From Candidatus Yanofskybacteria bacterium RIFCSPHIGHO2_01_FULL_44_24 (GTDB taxonomy: Bacteria > Patescibacteriota > Minisyncoccia > 2-02-FULL-40-12 > GWA2-44-9), in assembly GCA_001794215.1 (NCBI GenBank), contig MGJK01000003.1:1-46011 (forward strand): 46,011 bases of DNA, written 5' to 3'. A model generated the notes under the pieces. The model did no database searches. It was given only the letters and a program-made list of their open reading frames with translations, and had not been told where the DNA came from. How positions within the stretch are numbered: the first letter of the stretch is position 1; each line of letters opens with the position of its first letter. The translations under genes were made by a program, and so were the position numbers. Below, piece after piece: positions 8,918 through 18,937 of this stretch.

Positions 8918-9723
8918 TGACTACCACACTACCCACTAAGTTTACTCCTAAAAAATCCTTGGGTCAGAATTTTTTAATTAACCCCCACATAATAGACCGG
9001 ATTATTGATGCCGCCCGAATATCAGAGAAGGATTTAGTTTTAGAAATAGGTCCCGGAACAGGAAATTTAACGGAGAAGCTGGCGAAAAAGGCTGGCCAAG
9101 TTATCGCAATCGAGAAAGATAACCGCCTCATCGAACCCCTGCGGGAAAAGTTTAAGAATTTTAAAAATATAGAAATAATTGAGGGCGATGTCCTTGCAAA
9201 GATGCCCTTTGTAAAACAAAGGGCATCTTTGCAATATAAAATCGTCGCCAATATCCCATATTACATTACGTCCAATCTGTTCCGGAAAATATTCGAAGAG
9301 TGGCCCAGACCCGAGCTGGTCGTTCTGACAATTCAAAAAGAAGTCGCCCAAAGAATTACGGCCAAACCGCCCCATATGAACCTACTGGCCCTCTCCGTTC
9401 AATACTACGCCGAACCGGAAGTGGTTGTCTTTATTTCTAAAAATAACTTCCGGCCGATTCCCAAGGTTGACTCAGCTATTATCCGCTTAAATCCTAAATC
9501 CGAAATCCGAAATCCTAAAAAAACAGAAGAAATTTTTAAAGTAATAAAAGGGGGGTTCTCGGAGAAAAGGAAACAACTGGCAAGCAATCTTTCAAAAAAA
9601 CTTAAACTGTCTAAAAGCGCCGTCCTTGAAGCATTTAAAACGGCCGGTATAAAAGAACTATCACGACCGGAAAACCTTTCTCTCAACGACTGGGAAAATT
9701 TGGCAGAAGCTCTATTTGGCTAA
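8917..9723 (+). CDS. rsmA: 16S rRNA adenine dimethyltransferase KsgA/RsmA
   Basis: KKSLGQNFL, EIGPGTG, VANIPYYIT, PIPKVDS. Confidence 0.95.
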   Translation: MTTTLPTKFTPKKSLGQNFLINPHIIDRIIDAARISEKDLVLEIGPGTGNLTEKLAKKAGQVIAIEKDNRLIEPLREKFKNFKNIEIIEGDVLAKMPFVKQRASLQYKIVANIPYYITSNLFRKIFEEWPRPELVVLTIQKEVAQRITAKPPHMNLLALSVQYYAEPEVVVFISKNNFRPIPKVDSAIIRLNPKSEIRNPKKTEEIFKVIKGGFSEKRKQLASNLSKKLKLSKSAVLEAFKTAGIKELSRPENLSLNDWENLAEALFG

Positions 9724-9749
9724 GCACTGAAGTGGGTTATAATTGAGTA

Positions 9750-10790
9750 ATGAAGAAAAAGGCTGCGCTAACCATACTCGGAATATCTTTTTTAATCTAC
9801 GGAATCATTTTTGCCGTGGATCATCTTGCTGATGCGGCAATAAGTCCGACTCCAGAGATAACACCCGATGCCGCCACGATCGAAAAAGCAAAGAATGATT
9901 TTTTGTCTAATATATGCGCCAGTCATGGCGGAGTGAACTGCTCTATTATCCGGCCCGACGCCGCCATAATCTGCAATGACGGGACACGAGATGAATCAAC
10001 TATCATCTACGCGGTTCCCCAGTGTCAAAATGCTGTACTAAGCACCGTCGAACAGGAGTCTGATTTTATGGCCCGGAGCGGATGCTCCCCGCCCTCGGAA
10101 ATGGGTTGCTTCAATGAACAATCCTATCAAAATCTCTATCAAAAACTCCAAAATGCCGGCTTGGCCAGCTCAAGGCTTGGTCAGGGCGAATTAACCCAAT
10201 GCCGGCAAGAAATAGCTGACTATACCCAAAAAAACAACGACTATCTTTTGTGCCTTAAAGAAAATAATAGGCCGGCGCTCAACCTTTATGGCGACAGATT
10301 AGTCTTACCTATACTGAAAGCGTTTTTCTGCCCAATGCTATATGGCTATAACGCAACATATGATCTTGAAGCTGATATTTGTTCGTGCAATGCCGGATAC
10401 TTTATGTCAGGGGGCCAGTGCCAAGAAGCAAATCAAATCTGCCGATCCCAACATGGCCAGAATTCGTTGGCCCAAAACGGCAACTGCTATTGCCGGTCAG
10501 GATACCAACTAAATACTGCGACAAGCGAATGCGAACTGAAACCGACCGCCACATCTAAAACACCGGTAATGATCCCGACTCCTATTATAACTACGAGAAT
10601 AACCGACAATTTCACCGTTGATGAAAATTACTCGTCACCGGAACCGTTACCAAGTCCCTACGAATTCTCAACGCCCGAAATAACAAGCCGGCCGAAAATA
10701 ACTGACACCAAGTCTTCACCGAATTTTGTATCAAGAATGCTCAACTCAATCGGTTCGGCTATAAAAAACATAATAAACTTATTTAAATGA
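9750..10790 (+). CDS. Secreted/anchored Cys-rich protein with EGF-like motifs and a Pro/Thr tail
   Basis: N-terminal hydrophobic segment, CASHGGVNC, CSCNAGY and CYCRSGY repeats. Confidence 0.7.
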   Translation: MKKKAALTILGISFLIYGIIFAVDHLADAAISPTPEITPDAATIEKAKNDFLSNICASHGGVNCSIIRPDAAIICNDGTRDESTIIYAVPQCQNAVLSTVEQESDFMARSGCSPPSEMGCFNEQSYQNLYQKLQNAGLASSRLGQGELTQCRQEIADYTQKNNDYLLCLKENNRPALNLYGDRLVLPILKAFFCPMLYGYNATYDLEADICSCNAGYFMSGGQCQEANQICRSQHGQNSLAQNGNCYCRSGYQLNTATSECELKPTATSKTPVMIPTPIITTRITDNFTVDENYSSPEPLPSPYEFSTPEITSRPKITDTKSSPNFVSRMLNSIGSAIKNIINLFK

Positions 10791-11560
10791 AGCAGAAGCT
10801 GCTGATTGTATTTATCGGATTAACCCTGATTGCCCCTAATTTTTCAAGGGCTTTTCTTCCGCCGGATACTGACGATCCGGCTTTAAACGTCTCTCTTGAT
10901 GCAACCTGCAACGCTTCTTCTAAAATCAGCTGGCTGGCTTGGTTAAAAATAGTTTGCGAAGTCAGAAAGGTTATGAGCTACATTAATAATCTTAAAATCA
11001 TCGGCGCCTTAAAAACGGTAGTTAACGTTCTCGGCTATGTGCCCCATCAGTTTCCTTTCGGAGGACATATAACTTCTACGGAACGGGCCTGTACTTTCGA
11101 TTTCAAAGCCTGGGTCTGGATCGTTAATCCCGCCTGTTATCTTCCTTACGGCCAAGGTGTCTGTGCGGCATATCCCATCATACCCATACCTCTACCTATA
11201 CCCATACCTCTGGGCGGCAGGGCAATTGAGGTCGGTCCGCCCGTGCCCACTCCGGGAAAGGTAATAGTCTTTCCGTGGATCTCCAACGTGTACAGAAACC
11301 ACAACGAGGATCGGATAGGACCATGGGCTTTAGGTATCGGTTTTACGCCCTTTCCACTTAAAGACATAAATAATGCAATAAAAGACATCACCATATGGAT
11401 TCCGCCGACGATTACCGGAAAATGTCCAGGCTGGGAGATTCGTCCCGTGGGAACGGTATGTATAACCGACTTTAAATTCGACTGCAAGGCTTCGGGAGAG
11501 AAAGATCAATCTGGAGAAGATATATATAAAGTCATTTTAAAGCTTGGTACCAGCAATTAG
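10787..11560 (+). CDS. Secreted Cys/Pro/Trp-rich hypothetical protein
   Basis: Signal peptide, 8 Cys, PFGG and GPWALG motifs; ATGA overlap with the upstream gene. Confidence 0.7.
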   Translation: MKQKLLIVFIGLTLIAPNFSRAFLPPDTDDPALNVSLDATCNASSKISWLAWLKIVCEVRKVMSYINNLKIIGALKTVVNVLGYVPHQFPFGGHITSTERACTFDFKAWVWIVNPACYLPYGQGVCAAYPIIPIPLPIPIPLGGRAIEVGPPVPTPGKVIVFPWISNVYRNHNEDRIGPWALGIGFTPFPLKDINNAIKDITIWIPPTITGKCPGWEIRPVGTVCITDFKFDCKASGEKDQSGEDIYKVILKLGTSN

Positions 11561-11733
11561 GCCTCTGATCAACGACAGTAAGCGCCAATTTTTACCCTAA
11601 AAGATATACACAGATAATCTTGGGCAGGTTTTGTTCTCTCTGTGCTATAATTAGTATTGTAACGAGCTTAAATCCTGACTTTTTGGCTTGTTAACAAACT
11701 GAATATAACCAGCCGGATAAGCTGGGGAATATT

Positions 11734-12633
11734 ATGTCCATAAAAGTTAAGATATTTTTCGCCTTCTTGGCAGTTTTTGCCTTATTTTCTGTTTTGGCGG
11801 TTTTTAATTATTTTGATAACCGGCCGAAAAGCTCTCTCTCGCTCGCTAACGTACAAAGCAACTTTGATTCATCCATCAACTCCGATAAAGACGGGGATGG
11901 TCTTTCCGATATGGAAGAAGCCTACTGGAATACCGACTTTCAAGATCCGGATAGCGATGACGACGGATTTTTAGATGGAGAGGAAGTTGCTTCCGGACAT
12001 GACCCAAGCCAGCCCGGACCGGATGATCTAATTAATGATCAAAATATAACCGCCAAGCTAACCGATCTTGCAGTTGGCGGTTTGATTGAGGGGACTCTGA
12101 GATCCGATAATCCTGACTACGAGCAAGCCTTAGAAGATCTGACGCTATCAATTGTCGACGACAGCTTATACAGTCTTGACCCGAAGGTTGATATGTCGAA
12201 GATCTTAATCGTCGACTCGTCTGACCAAAACCAGAAAATCTATGCTCAAAATATTCAGGGGATACTCGGAGATTTTGCAGTTGAGATTTCTCACCAAGCC
12301 GAAGAACTTCAAACCATCTCTGAATCAGGCGGGGGACAGGAGGCTGAGAAAAGATTCATCGATTTGTTCAATAGTTCTTCAGACAAATTCCTTTCCATTT
12401 ATAACTCCGCGATATTAATACCTGTGCCAGAAAACTGGAAAGATCTTCACTACAGTTTAGTTTTATCCATAAAAAAGCTATCCGAACTTTCAAAAGGAGT
12501 CGCCCGGCAACAAGACGATCCTCTTAGGGGGCTAACCGCTTTCACTCTTTTGGATAGCTCCTATGATGAGGCTTTTATTTTAGTCCAGTTATTATTCGAT
12601 AATCTAAGCAAAGAAGATCTACTAAGTCGATGA
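11734..12633 (+). CDS. Membrane-anchored protein with DxDxDG Ca-binding (TSP3-like) repeats
   Basis: N-terminal TM, DKDGDGLSD and DSDDDGFLDGEE. Confidence 0.75.
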   Translation: MSIKVKIFFAFLAVFALFSVLAVFNYFDNRPKSSLSLANVQSNFDSSINSDKDGDGLSDMEEAYWNTDFQDPDSDDDGFLDGEEVASGHDPSQPGPDDLINDQNITAKLTDLAVGGLIEGTLRSDNPDYEQALEDLTLSIVDDSLYSLDPKVDMSKILIVDSSDQNQKIYAQNIQGILGDFAVEISHQAEELQTISESGGGQEAEKRFIDLFNSSSDKFLSIYNSAILIPVPENWKDLHYSLVLSIKKLSELSKGVARQQDDPLRGLTAFTLLDSSYDEAFILVQLLFDNLSKEDLLSR

Positions 12634-14627
12634 TATTCGAAAGAATCAAAAAGCCGGTTGCCGTACTACTATTGATCGTTTTAGTTTACTCCTACATCCA
12701 GCCTATCGGAATGTCGGCAGAGGCTCAATCCGTTCCCGGCGCAATCGCCAGCACGATTTCCTGCGTAGTAGCCGGTAAAATTGTCGGTTGGTTAGTTAAG
12801 AAATTCGATACGTTCTTAAATATAGTGAAAGATTTTTTGAATCCTGCCGGTTACATTAAGCGATCGATCAGTGCCGTAGCTGCTTTAATCGGGGGAGCTG
12901 GATCCGTACCAACTGATGACGAGAAAAATAACGCTAAGGAATCATGGGGCGACTTGATAGCCCGGTGCGGAGCGATGGCTGTTTTAGATTACCTAACAAA
13001 AGGAATGATCTCGACTATTCGTTCAAGCGGGCGAGACGGGGGACCCTCGTTCGTAAGAAACTGGAGGAACTTTTTAACCGGATCCCAGTACCGGGGTGAA
13101 AATATTTTTAGGTCAATTTTGAGCCAGACGAACTTGTGTGCTCATTTTGATAGGAGTATGAAGTCTCTTTTTAGCGCCAATACTCGGCAGAATCTACCCT
13201 CTCAAAACCTCAGGGTATCAGCTTTTGAGTCTTTCCCCCTAAGAAATAACTGTACTCTTCCTTCCAATTTCAGTCTTCAAAGCTATATTGCCGATTTCTC
13301 CCGAAACGGAGGCTGGGAAGCTCTTTCGCGTTTAACCGAACCTCAAAATAATTTCTTTGGAACATTTTTTAGCGCTATGGGCGAGGCTGACACTCAAAGG
13401 AATTTTGAGCAAAGAAACGACGAGCTCGAGATTACTTCTGGTGGCGGTTTTACTTCCAGAAGAGGCAAAGATGCCAATGACAGCTGCTTGGTCCGGGGTC
13501 AAAATAACAGCTGTCTGATATACAGAGACGTTATAACTCCGGGCAGAACATTGGCTGATGCCGCCTCTAATGTAATAAATCAAGAGCTTGCCTGGATCAC
13601 CAACACGGACGAAATAGAAGAATTAATGGCTAATCTAACTAACAGGTTACTGAGGAGGATACTCGATCTCGGCGGACAAAGACCGGCATCGGCGGTCATA
13701 GGAAAGCCCACGAACGAGGAAGGTCCGGGAATAATTAACGACCCCAATGGTTCTTGGCCAAACGCACCCGGAGGCGGGGGAGGATCTCCGACCGTACCGA
13801 TTCCTTCGGTTCCGCCGGGCTCGGTAATTCTTTGCATAAGCATAGATTATGCTGATGGCTGTGAAGTATTTTCGGTCAGCGATCCGGATTTGACCAATAA
13901 CCAGATAGGCAACGATACCGTCTCGTCGATAATACTGCCGGGCGACGGAACAACAGCAACTTTGTGCGAACATAGTTACTATGGCGGACAATGCACCACA
14001 TTCACGGTCAGTGACCCGGATATCGACGGCCCGTTCTTATCTTCTCCTCAATTTCCGAATGATGAAACTTCTTCGGTTATAGTAAATTCGGGGCCCGGCA
14101 CCACGCCAACCCCTCCGCCGACCGGTGTTATACGTCTGTGCGATACTATAGATTTTCAAGGTACCTGTGAAGATTTCAACTCCGATGATCCAGACTTATC
14201 CAATAACACGATAGGAGAAAATACTGCTTCGTCGGTAGTAGTTCCTTCCGGTACGTCCGTAATAATTTGTTCTGATCCGAACTATGGCGGAAACTGTATT
14301 CAGTTCACTACCTCGGAGCCTAACTTTACCATCCTTGTTAACTTCAACGATGTGGCGTCGTCGCTAAGATTTTTGCCGGTGTGTTCTGACGGAATAGACA
14401 ATGAGGGCGACGGATTCACCGACTACCCCAACGATCCTGAATGTGTTGACGCAAACGGAACAGACGAGGGCCCGCCGCCGCCTCCTCCGCCCCAACCGAC
14501 ATCTCTCTTTGGACCAGAATGTAGCGATGGATTAGATAATGATAACGACGGAGATACCGACTTCCCCGATGATACCGACTGCGTAGATTCTTTTGATGAT
14601 AACGAGGGGTTGGGTATAGGCATGTAA
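12630..14627 (+). CDS. Secreted protein with four beta/gamma-crystallin-like motifs and two CSDGxDNxxDG repeats
   Basis: Signal peptide; four repeats of C-x3-(D/N/S)(Y/F)xG-xC...N(D/T)xxSS; C-terminal CSDGIDNEGDG and CSDGLDNDNDG. Confidence 0.75.
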   Translation: MIFERIKKPVAVLLLIVLVYSYIQPIGMSAEAQSVPGAIASTISCVVAGKIVGWLVKKFDTFLNIVKDFLNPAGYIKRSISAVAALIGGAGSVPTDDEKNNAKESWGDLIARCGAMAVLDYLTKGMISTIRSSGRDGGPSFVRNWRNFLTGSQYRGENIFRSILSQTNLCAHFDRSMKSLFSANTRQNLPSQNLRVSAFESFPLRNNCTLPSNFSLQSYIADFSRNGGWEALSRLTEPQNNFFGTFFSAMGEADTQRNFEQRNDELEITSGGGFTSRRGKDANDSCLVRGQNNSCLIYRDVITPGRTLADAASNVINQELAWITNTDEIEELMANLTNRLLRRILDLGGQRPASAVIGKPTNEEGPGIINDPNGSWPNAPGGGGGSPTVPIPSVPPGSVILCISIDYADGCEVFSVSDPDLTNNQIGNDTVSSIILPGDGTTATLCEHSYYGGQCTTFTVSDPDIDGPFLSSPQFPNDETSSVIVNSGPGTTPTPPPTGVIRLCDTIDFQGTCEDFNSDDPDLSNNTIGENTASSVVVPSGTSVIICSDPNYGGNCIQFTTSEPNFTILVNFNDVASSLRFLPVCSDGIDNEGDGFTDYPNDPECVDANGTDEGPPPPPPPQPTSLFGPECSDGLDNDNDGDTDFPDDTDCVDSFDDNEGLGIGM

Positions 14628-14649
14628 TTCGCAAGTCGTAGCTCTAAAG

Positions 14650-17600
14650 ATGCTGAAATACTTGAAAAATAAAAAGATCCTGTCGTCGGTGATATTACTG
14701 ACTATTGTTTTGGGATTTTTGCCAATTTCAAACGCTCACGCCCAGGTAGAGCTGCTTGTGGGAGGTATCTCATTTTTGACGTCAGCCCTTACCTCAGGCG
14801 GAGTATTTCCCTCTTTAGCAAGCTGGATTACACAGTTTTTAGTCGAATTTGTTGTCGGTTACTTAGGCAAGCTCTTAGAAGCGACAGCTAAGATATTCAA
14901 TTGGGTCATTTATCTTTCGGCATATCCATCGTCGGGCCATTTAACGGTTGTCCAGGAGAGCTGGAGAATCATAAGAGACTTCACCAATATGTTCTTCATT
15001 GTAATCCTGGTCATCATGGCCTTTGCCACGATATTTGATATCTCCAAATACGATTACAGAAACATCCTCCCTAAGTTTCTTATAGCCGCCGTACTCATAA
15101 ATTTCAGTCTGGTCATCGGCGGGATGATTATAAATTTCAGCCAAGTTTTAAGCAGTACGTTCCTTACTTCGATAGGAGACGCGGCAGCTCAGTTGGGCCA
15201 CAACTTAGTCAAGGGAGTTCCGACAATACAATTCGGCAATACGGCCGTTACCGTTGGCCAAACAACTCAAGCGGTCGTCGGCCAAGGAGCTATTATAGCT
15301 ATATCAACTATAGTTTTAATGGTAATGATGCTCATAAGCATGGGGACGGCGATAATTTTCGCCCTGATAAGAATACCTGTCCTTTGGTTCCTGCTCATTA
15401 TGTCTCCGATAGCCTGGCTGACCGGAATATTGCCCTCGACTCAGCATATAAACCAAAAATGGTGGAAAAACTTCTGGGCCTGGACATTTTTTCTGCCAAT
15501 CTACCTCTTCTTCCTCTACTTCGGAATTTATTTCTTGAATGAGTCGGGCAATACCCTGGGTCAGCTCAACGCTAACTTTAGCGCAGGTGAAATAACGAGT
15601 ATCGGCCTGACGTTCCAAACTATATTCAACTTTGTTTTAGTCGGAATATTTCTTATTGGAGGGGCGGCAATGGCTATGAGTATGTCCATGTTCTCCGGAA
15701 CAAGCGTAGTGAGGGCGGCAAGCTGGTCGCGTAAAGCGGCCGGAGGAATATTAACTCTCGGTCAGGGCGGGGTAATCTCAAGGGCTGCCAAAGAAAGACG
15801 GGAACAATTCCAGAAAGAAGGCTTTAAGGGTACTCCAGTCGACCGCTGGACGGGTGGCATCGCCGGTAAGATTTATGGCGGCAAGGAAGGATCTGAAAGC
15901 AGAGCAGACATATTCCGAAAAGCTTTTGGCGTAACGGGTATAGATGATAAGAGGATAGCCGCCGAAGTAGAGAGCGCCAGGAGAAGAATACTTGCAGAAA
16001 ATCCCGATAGAAATGAGGAAGCCCTGAGAAGAAAGATGAATACCAGCAACAGCAAGGGAGAGAGGATAGCGGCGGCAGAATTACTTCGCGAATTCCATCA
16101 AGAATTAAAGGCACCTGAAATAAAGAAGATATACGAGGACTACGGCGGCGATAAATCAGTATTGGCCAATAAATTCTTGGCGGGCATAAATTACAATAGC
16201 CTCGGCCGCAGCGACCGCGAGTATCTTGAAGGAGATCCTAAAGATCCGACAACCGGCATACAAAACAAGCAGATGAGAGAAAGATTGAGGCAGGTTCAGT
16301 TTAACAACGGCGAGTTCGGAAGCCTTGATGAAGCTACAAAGGCTTTAACCATGTTTACAAATGAGGGTACAAGAGTAACCAATATCGGCAAGCTTAAAAA
16401 TCTGATGGAGGATTCGGGCAAGCAGGAAAGGTTGGCTTTTTATGACAAGTTAGAAGCGCAGGGCGCCAGCAAAGCCGAATTAAGGGCTACGGCTGAATTT
16501 CTGGTTAAAAAAGGTGATTTTGATTCAGCCAGAATTGAGAAAATGGCCGGCACCAGTATCAGTCCCGACGGTAAACCGACAAATAGCATATACGAATCCA
16601 AAGCCGAGCTGGAAAGATTCTTAAATTCCGCCCAAGAAAGTGATCCGAAAACGGCTATCAATGTGAAGCGCAGATTTAAAATGCTCCGAGACGAAAACGG
16701 CGAATTAATTAAAGAGCCTATTACGGATGACGATGTTAAGAAAGCGATTCGCGCCGATATAGAGAATAGAACCACTTCTCAAATATGGAAGATATCAGAG
16801 ACGGAAGATGAGAATGTCAAAGAAGCTATGGTCGAAGAACTTACTCCTGACAGGATAAAGTCTATGATGGACAGTCCTGAATTCAAAGGCAAGAGAGCAG
16901 AGAAATTCAAGGGCATATTTAAGGCAGTATACGGTAAGTATCTAACGGAAGTAGAGAAGAAATTTAACGATTCTGCTGACGAACTTGAGAAAGCTATAAA
17001 GAATGGCAACAAAGAAGACCAGAGAAAGTTTACAACAGAGGCCAGGAATCACCTTAGATCAATGACGGCCCTGAAGAAGAAAATCGATGATAATAAAAAG
17101 GCTGAAGCCTCCACTAAGGAAAGTGCCCAAGCTATCTTCAGTGCTTCCGATGTCCGTCTTAATAGACTTTTGGAGGGCGAATTAGACGAGGTGGACGAGA
17201 GCACTAAGCCGGATGAAGATGAGAGTGATGGCGGACCAGATGATGGAAGTGGGGGCGGCGATGGAGGCGGAGGAAGCGAGCCAACACCAAAACCAAGACC
17301 ACCGAAAGACCGACCTCTAAGCGGAGGAGCCCAGAGAGGATCCAGAACTCTCCCGCCCGGCTTTGGCGGACAATCAAGTTCAACCTGGAGACCTACTCCT
17401 CGACCACCCGCGCCTCCGGCTTCACCATCCGCACCTCCCTCACCCAACAGACCGCCTCCGCCGGCTGGGCCCTCGCCCGCACAGCCACCAAGACCGGCAG
17501 GACCCAACCCTCCGCCAAGGCCAACGCCTCCGCCGAATAACCCTCCGGCCCCAAGCAACGAGGCACCAGAAAGATCAACTTCAGCCCGTCCATCCATTAT

Positions 17601-18066
17601 CCTAAGTCCGAGAGATCAATTTGTGTCTGACCTATCGGAAGAAAAACGCGCAAGGCGCGGGTATTCTGCTTCTCCCCGCGCCCAGACACCGCCTCCGGCA
17701 AAATCACCGGCTCCGATTCCGGCCTCGCCACAACCACCGAAGCCAGAAAGACCTCCGGAATCAGCTAAAAAACCGAGGGACTATGGCCAAATTCTTAAAG
17801 ATGTTGCGAGCAGCCCTGCTTATAAAAAGATAATGGAGGCCAAGAGCTTAGAGTACCTAAAAACTAAAGCTAAAGAATACTTTGAAAGAGAATTCAGCGG
17901 AGAATTAGATAAAGACGGTTATCTTATGAAAAAAGACGGGACGTCATCGAACACAAAACCCAGCCAAAATATAGGTGGCGGCAAAGCGCTTCAGTGGGTT
18001 CTTGACGCCGCTCAAGATGAGCTTAGCAGCAAATACCCAGAAGAGGCTAAAAAATATGGATACTAA
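14650..18066 (+). CDS. VirB6/TrbL-like polytopic membrane protein with a long cytoplasmic, Pro-rich extension
   Basis: About 350 aa multi-TM N-terminus (WRIIRDFTN, LINFS, IRIPVLWFLLIMSPIAW, WWKNF); upstream of PrgI and VirB4. Confidence 0.7.
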   Translation: MLKYLKNKKILSSVILLTIVLGFLPISNAHAQVELLVGGISFLTSALTSGGVFPSLASWITQFLVEFVVGYLGKLLEATAKIFNWVIYLSAYPSSGHLTVVQESWRIIRDFTNMFFIVILVIMAFATIFDISKYDYRNILPKFLIAAVLINFSLVIGGMIINFSQVLSSTFLTSIGDAAAQLGHNLVKGVPTIQFGNTAVTVGQTTQAVVGQGAIIAISTIVLMVMMLISMGTAIIFALIRIPVLWFLLIMSPIAWLTGILPSTQHINQKWWKNFWAWTFFLPIYLFFLYFGIYFLNESGNTLGQLNANFSAGEITSIGLTFQTIFNFVLVGIFLIGGAAMAMSMSMFSGTSVVRAASWSRKAAGGILTLGQGGVISRAAKERREQFQKEGFKGTPVDRWTGGIAGKIYGGKEGSESRADIFRKAFGVTGIDDKRIAAEVESARRRILAENPDRNEEALRRKMNTSNSKGERIAAAELLREFHQELKAPEIKKIYEDYGGDKSVLANKFLAGINYNSLGRSDREYLEGDPKDPTTGIQNKQMRERLRQVQFNNGEFGSLDEATKALTMFTNEGTRVTNIGKLKNLMEDSGKQERLAFYDKLEAQGASKAELRATAEFLVKKGDFDSARIEKMAGTSISPDGKPTNSIYESKAELERFLNSAQESDPKTAINVKRRFKMLRDENGELIKEPITDDDVKKAIRADIENRTTSQIWKISETEDENVKEAMVEELTPDRIKSMMDSPEFKGKRAEKFKGIFKAVYGKYLTEVEKKFNDSADELEKAIKNGNKEDQRKFTTEARNHLRSMTALKKKIDDNKKAEASTKESAQAIFSASDVRLNRLLEGELDEVDESTKPDEDESDGGPDDGSGGGDGGGGSEPTPKPRPPKDRPLSGGAQRGSRTLPPGFGGQSSSTWRPTPRPPAPPASPSAPPSPNRPPPPAGPSPAQPPRPAGPNPPPRPTPPPNNPPAPSNEAPERSTSARPSIILSPRDQFVSDLSEEKRARRGYSASPRAQTPPPAKSPAPIPASPQPPKPERPPESAKKPRDYGQILKDVASSPAYKKIMEAKSLEYLKTKAKEYFEREFSGELDKDGYLMKKDGTSSNTKPSQNIGGGKALQWVLDAAQDELSSKYPEEAKKYGY

Positions 18067-18937
18067 TACACCACAACTAAACAGTAGACCTACCGGTCAA
18101 CAGGATACTACGACAGAAATGTCTACATATGAATACATCGTTGCTTCTCCTTATTTTGCCTATTATCAAGATGAGACCGAAGAAGAAAAGACCAGATTTA
18201 CAGATGCTTTCTTTGACCTCCCCGTGGCATTAAAGAATTTTCTATCGTCTCCCAAAACAGCTCAATATATCTATACAATGACCGCAGATCATGAAATGGG
18301 GGATATAGAAGCCTCTGTAATTGCTTCGTTGGTCCGAGATGTAATTGTCGGAAAAATTTTTGTTAAAGATTTTCCACTATTGTTGTCTTCGGGACTTAAT
18401 CTTGATCAGCAGAAAGCTTCTTCTATCGCTAATAAGATTGCTTCTGATCTTTTCACTCCGATACTGGAATACATTAAGGCAATCCAGCATCAAAAATTCG
18501 GAGATAAAATTAAATTAGCGAAGCTTGAGTCAAAACCCAAGATAGACACGGAAACTTTCATACGCTCCCAGACGCCTCCTCTGAAAAAAGAAATGCCCGA
18601 ACAACCGGAAAAAGAAGTTACCGTACTCTCGATGCAAGCTCCCGTAGAATCTAAATCTTTTCAGCCCTTGCCCCAAAAAGCTCCTTCTCCTCCTCCGCCG
18701 ATAAGGCAGGCTCTGCCTCAGCAACCGCCCCATCAACCGTCTCCGCCAATACCGGCCACGGCCATCACGCCTCCGAAGCCGTCAGTTACCCAACCGCCTC
18801 CCAATTTACCCCGGCCTGAACCAGTACCCAACTTATCAGCCAGAGCCGACGGGTTAAAACCAGCTCAATCACCCCAGACAGAGCAGAAGGGGAATGTGTT
18901 GGATTTAAGGAGTAAGGAACAAAATCCGAAATCCTAA
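18056..18937 (+). CDS. Hypothetical protein, helical N-domain plus Pro-rich tail
   Basis: ORF track starts at 17975; ATG 18056, overlapping the end of the upstream gene, is more plausible. Confidence 0.7.
   Translation: MDTNTPQLNSRPTGQQDTTTEMSTYEYIVASPYFAYYQDETEEEKTRFTDAFFDLPVALKNFLSSPKTAQYIYTMTADHEMGDIEASVIASLVRDVIVGKIFVKDFPLLLSSGLNLDQQKASSIANKIASDLFTPILEYIKAIQHQKFGDKIKLAKLESKPKIDTETFIRSQTPPLKKEMPEQPEKEVTVLSMQAPVESKSFQPLPQKAPSPPPPIRQALPQQPPHQPSPPIPATAITPPKPSVTQPPPNLPRPEPVPNLSARADGLKPAQSPQTEQKGNVLDLRSKEQNPKS

Noticed and set aside
17049-17833. Gly-rich antisense and alternative-frame ORFs
   Set aside because: Shadows of the Pro-rich tract of the VirB6-like gene.
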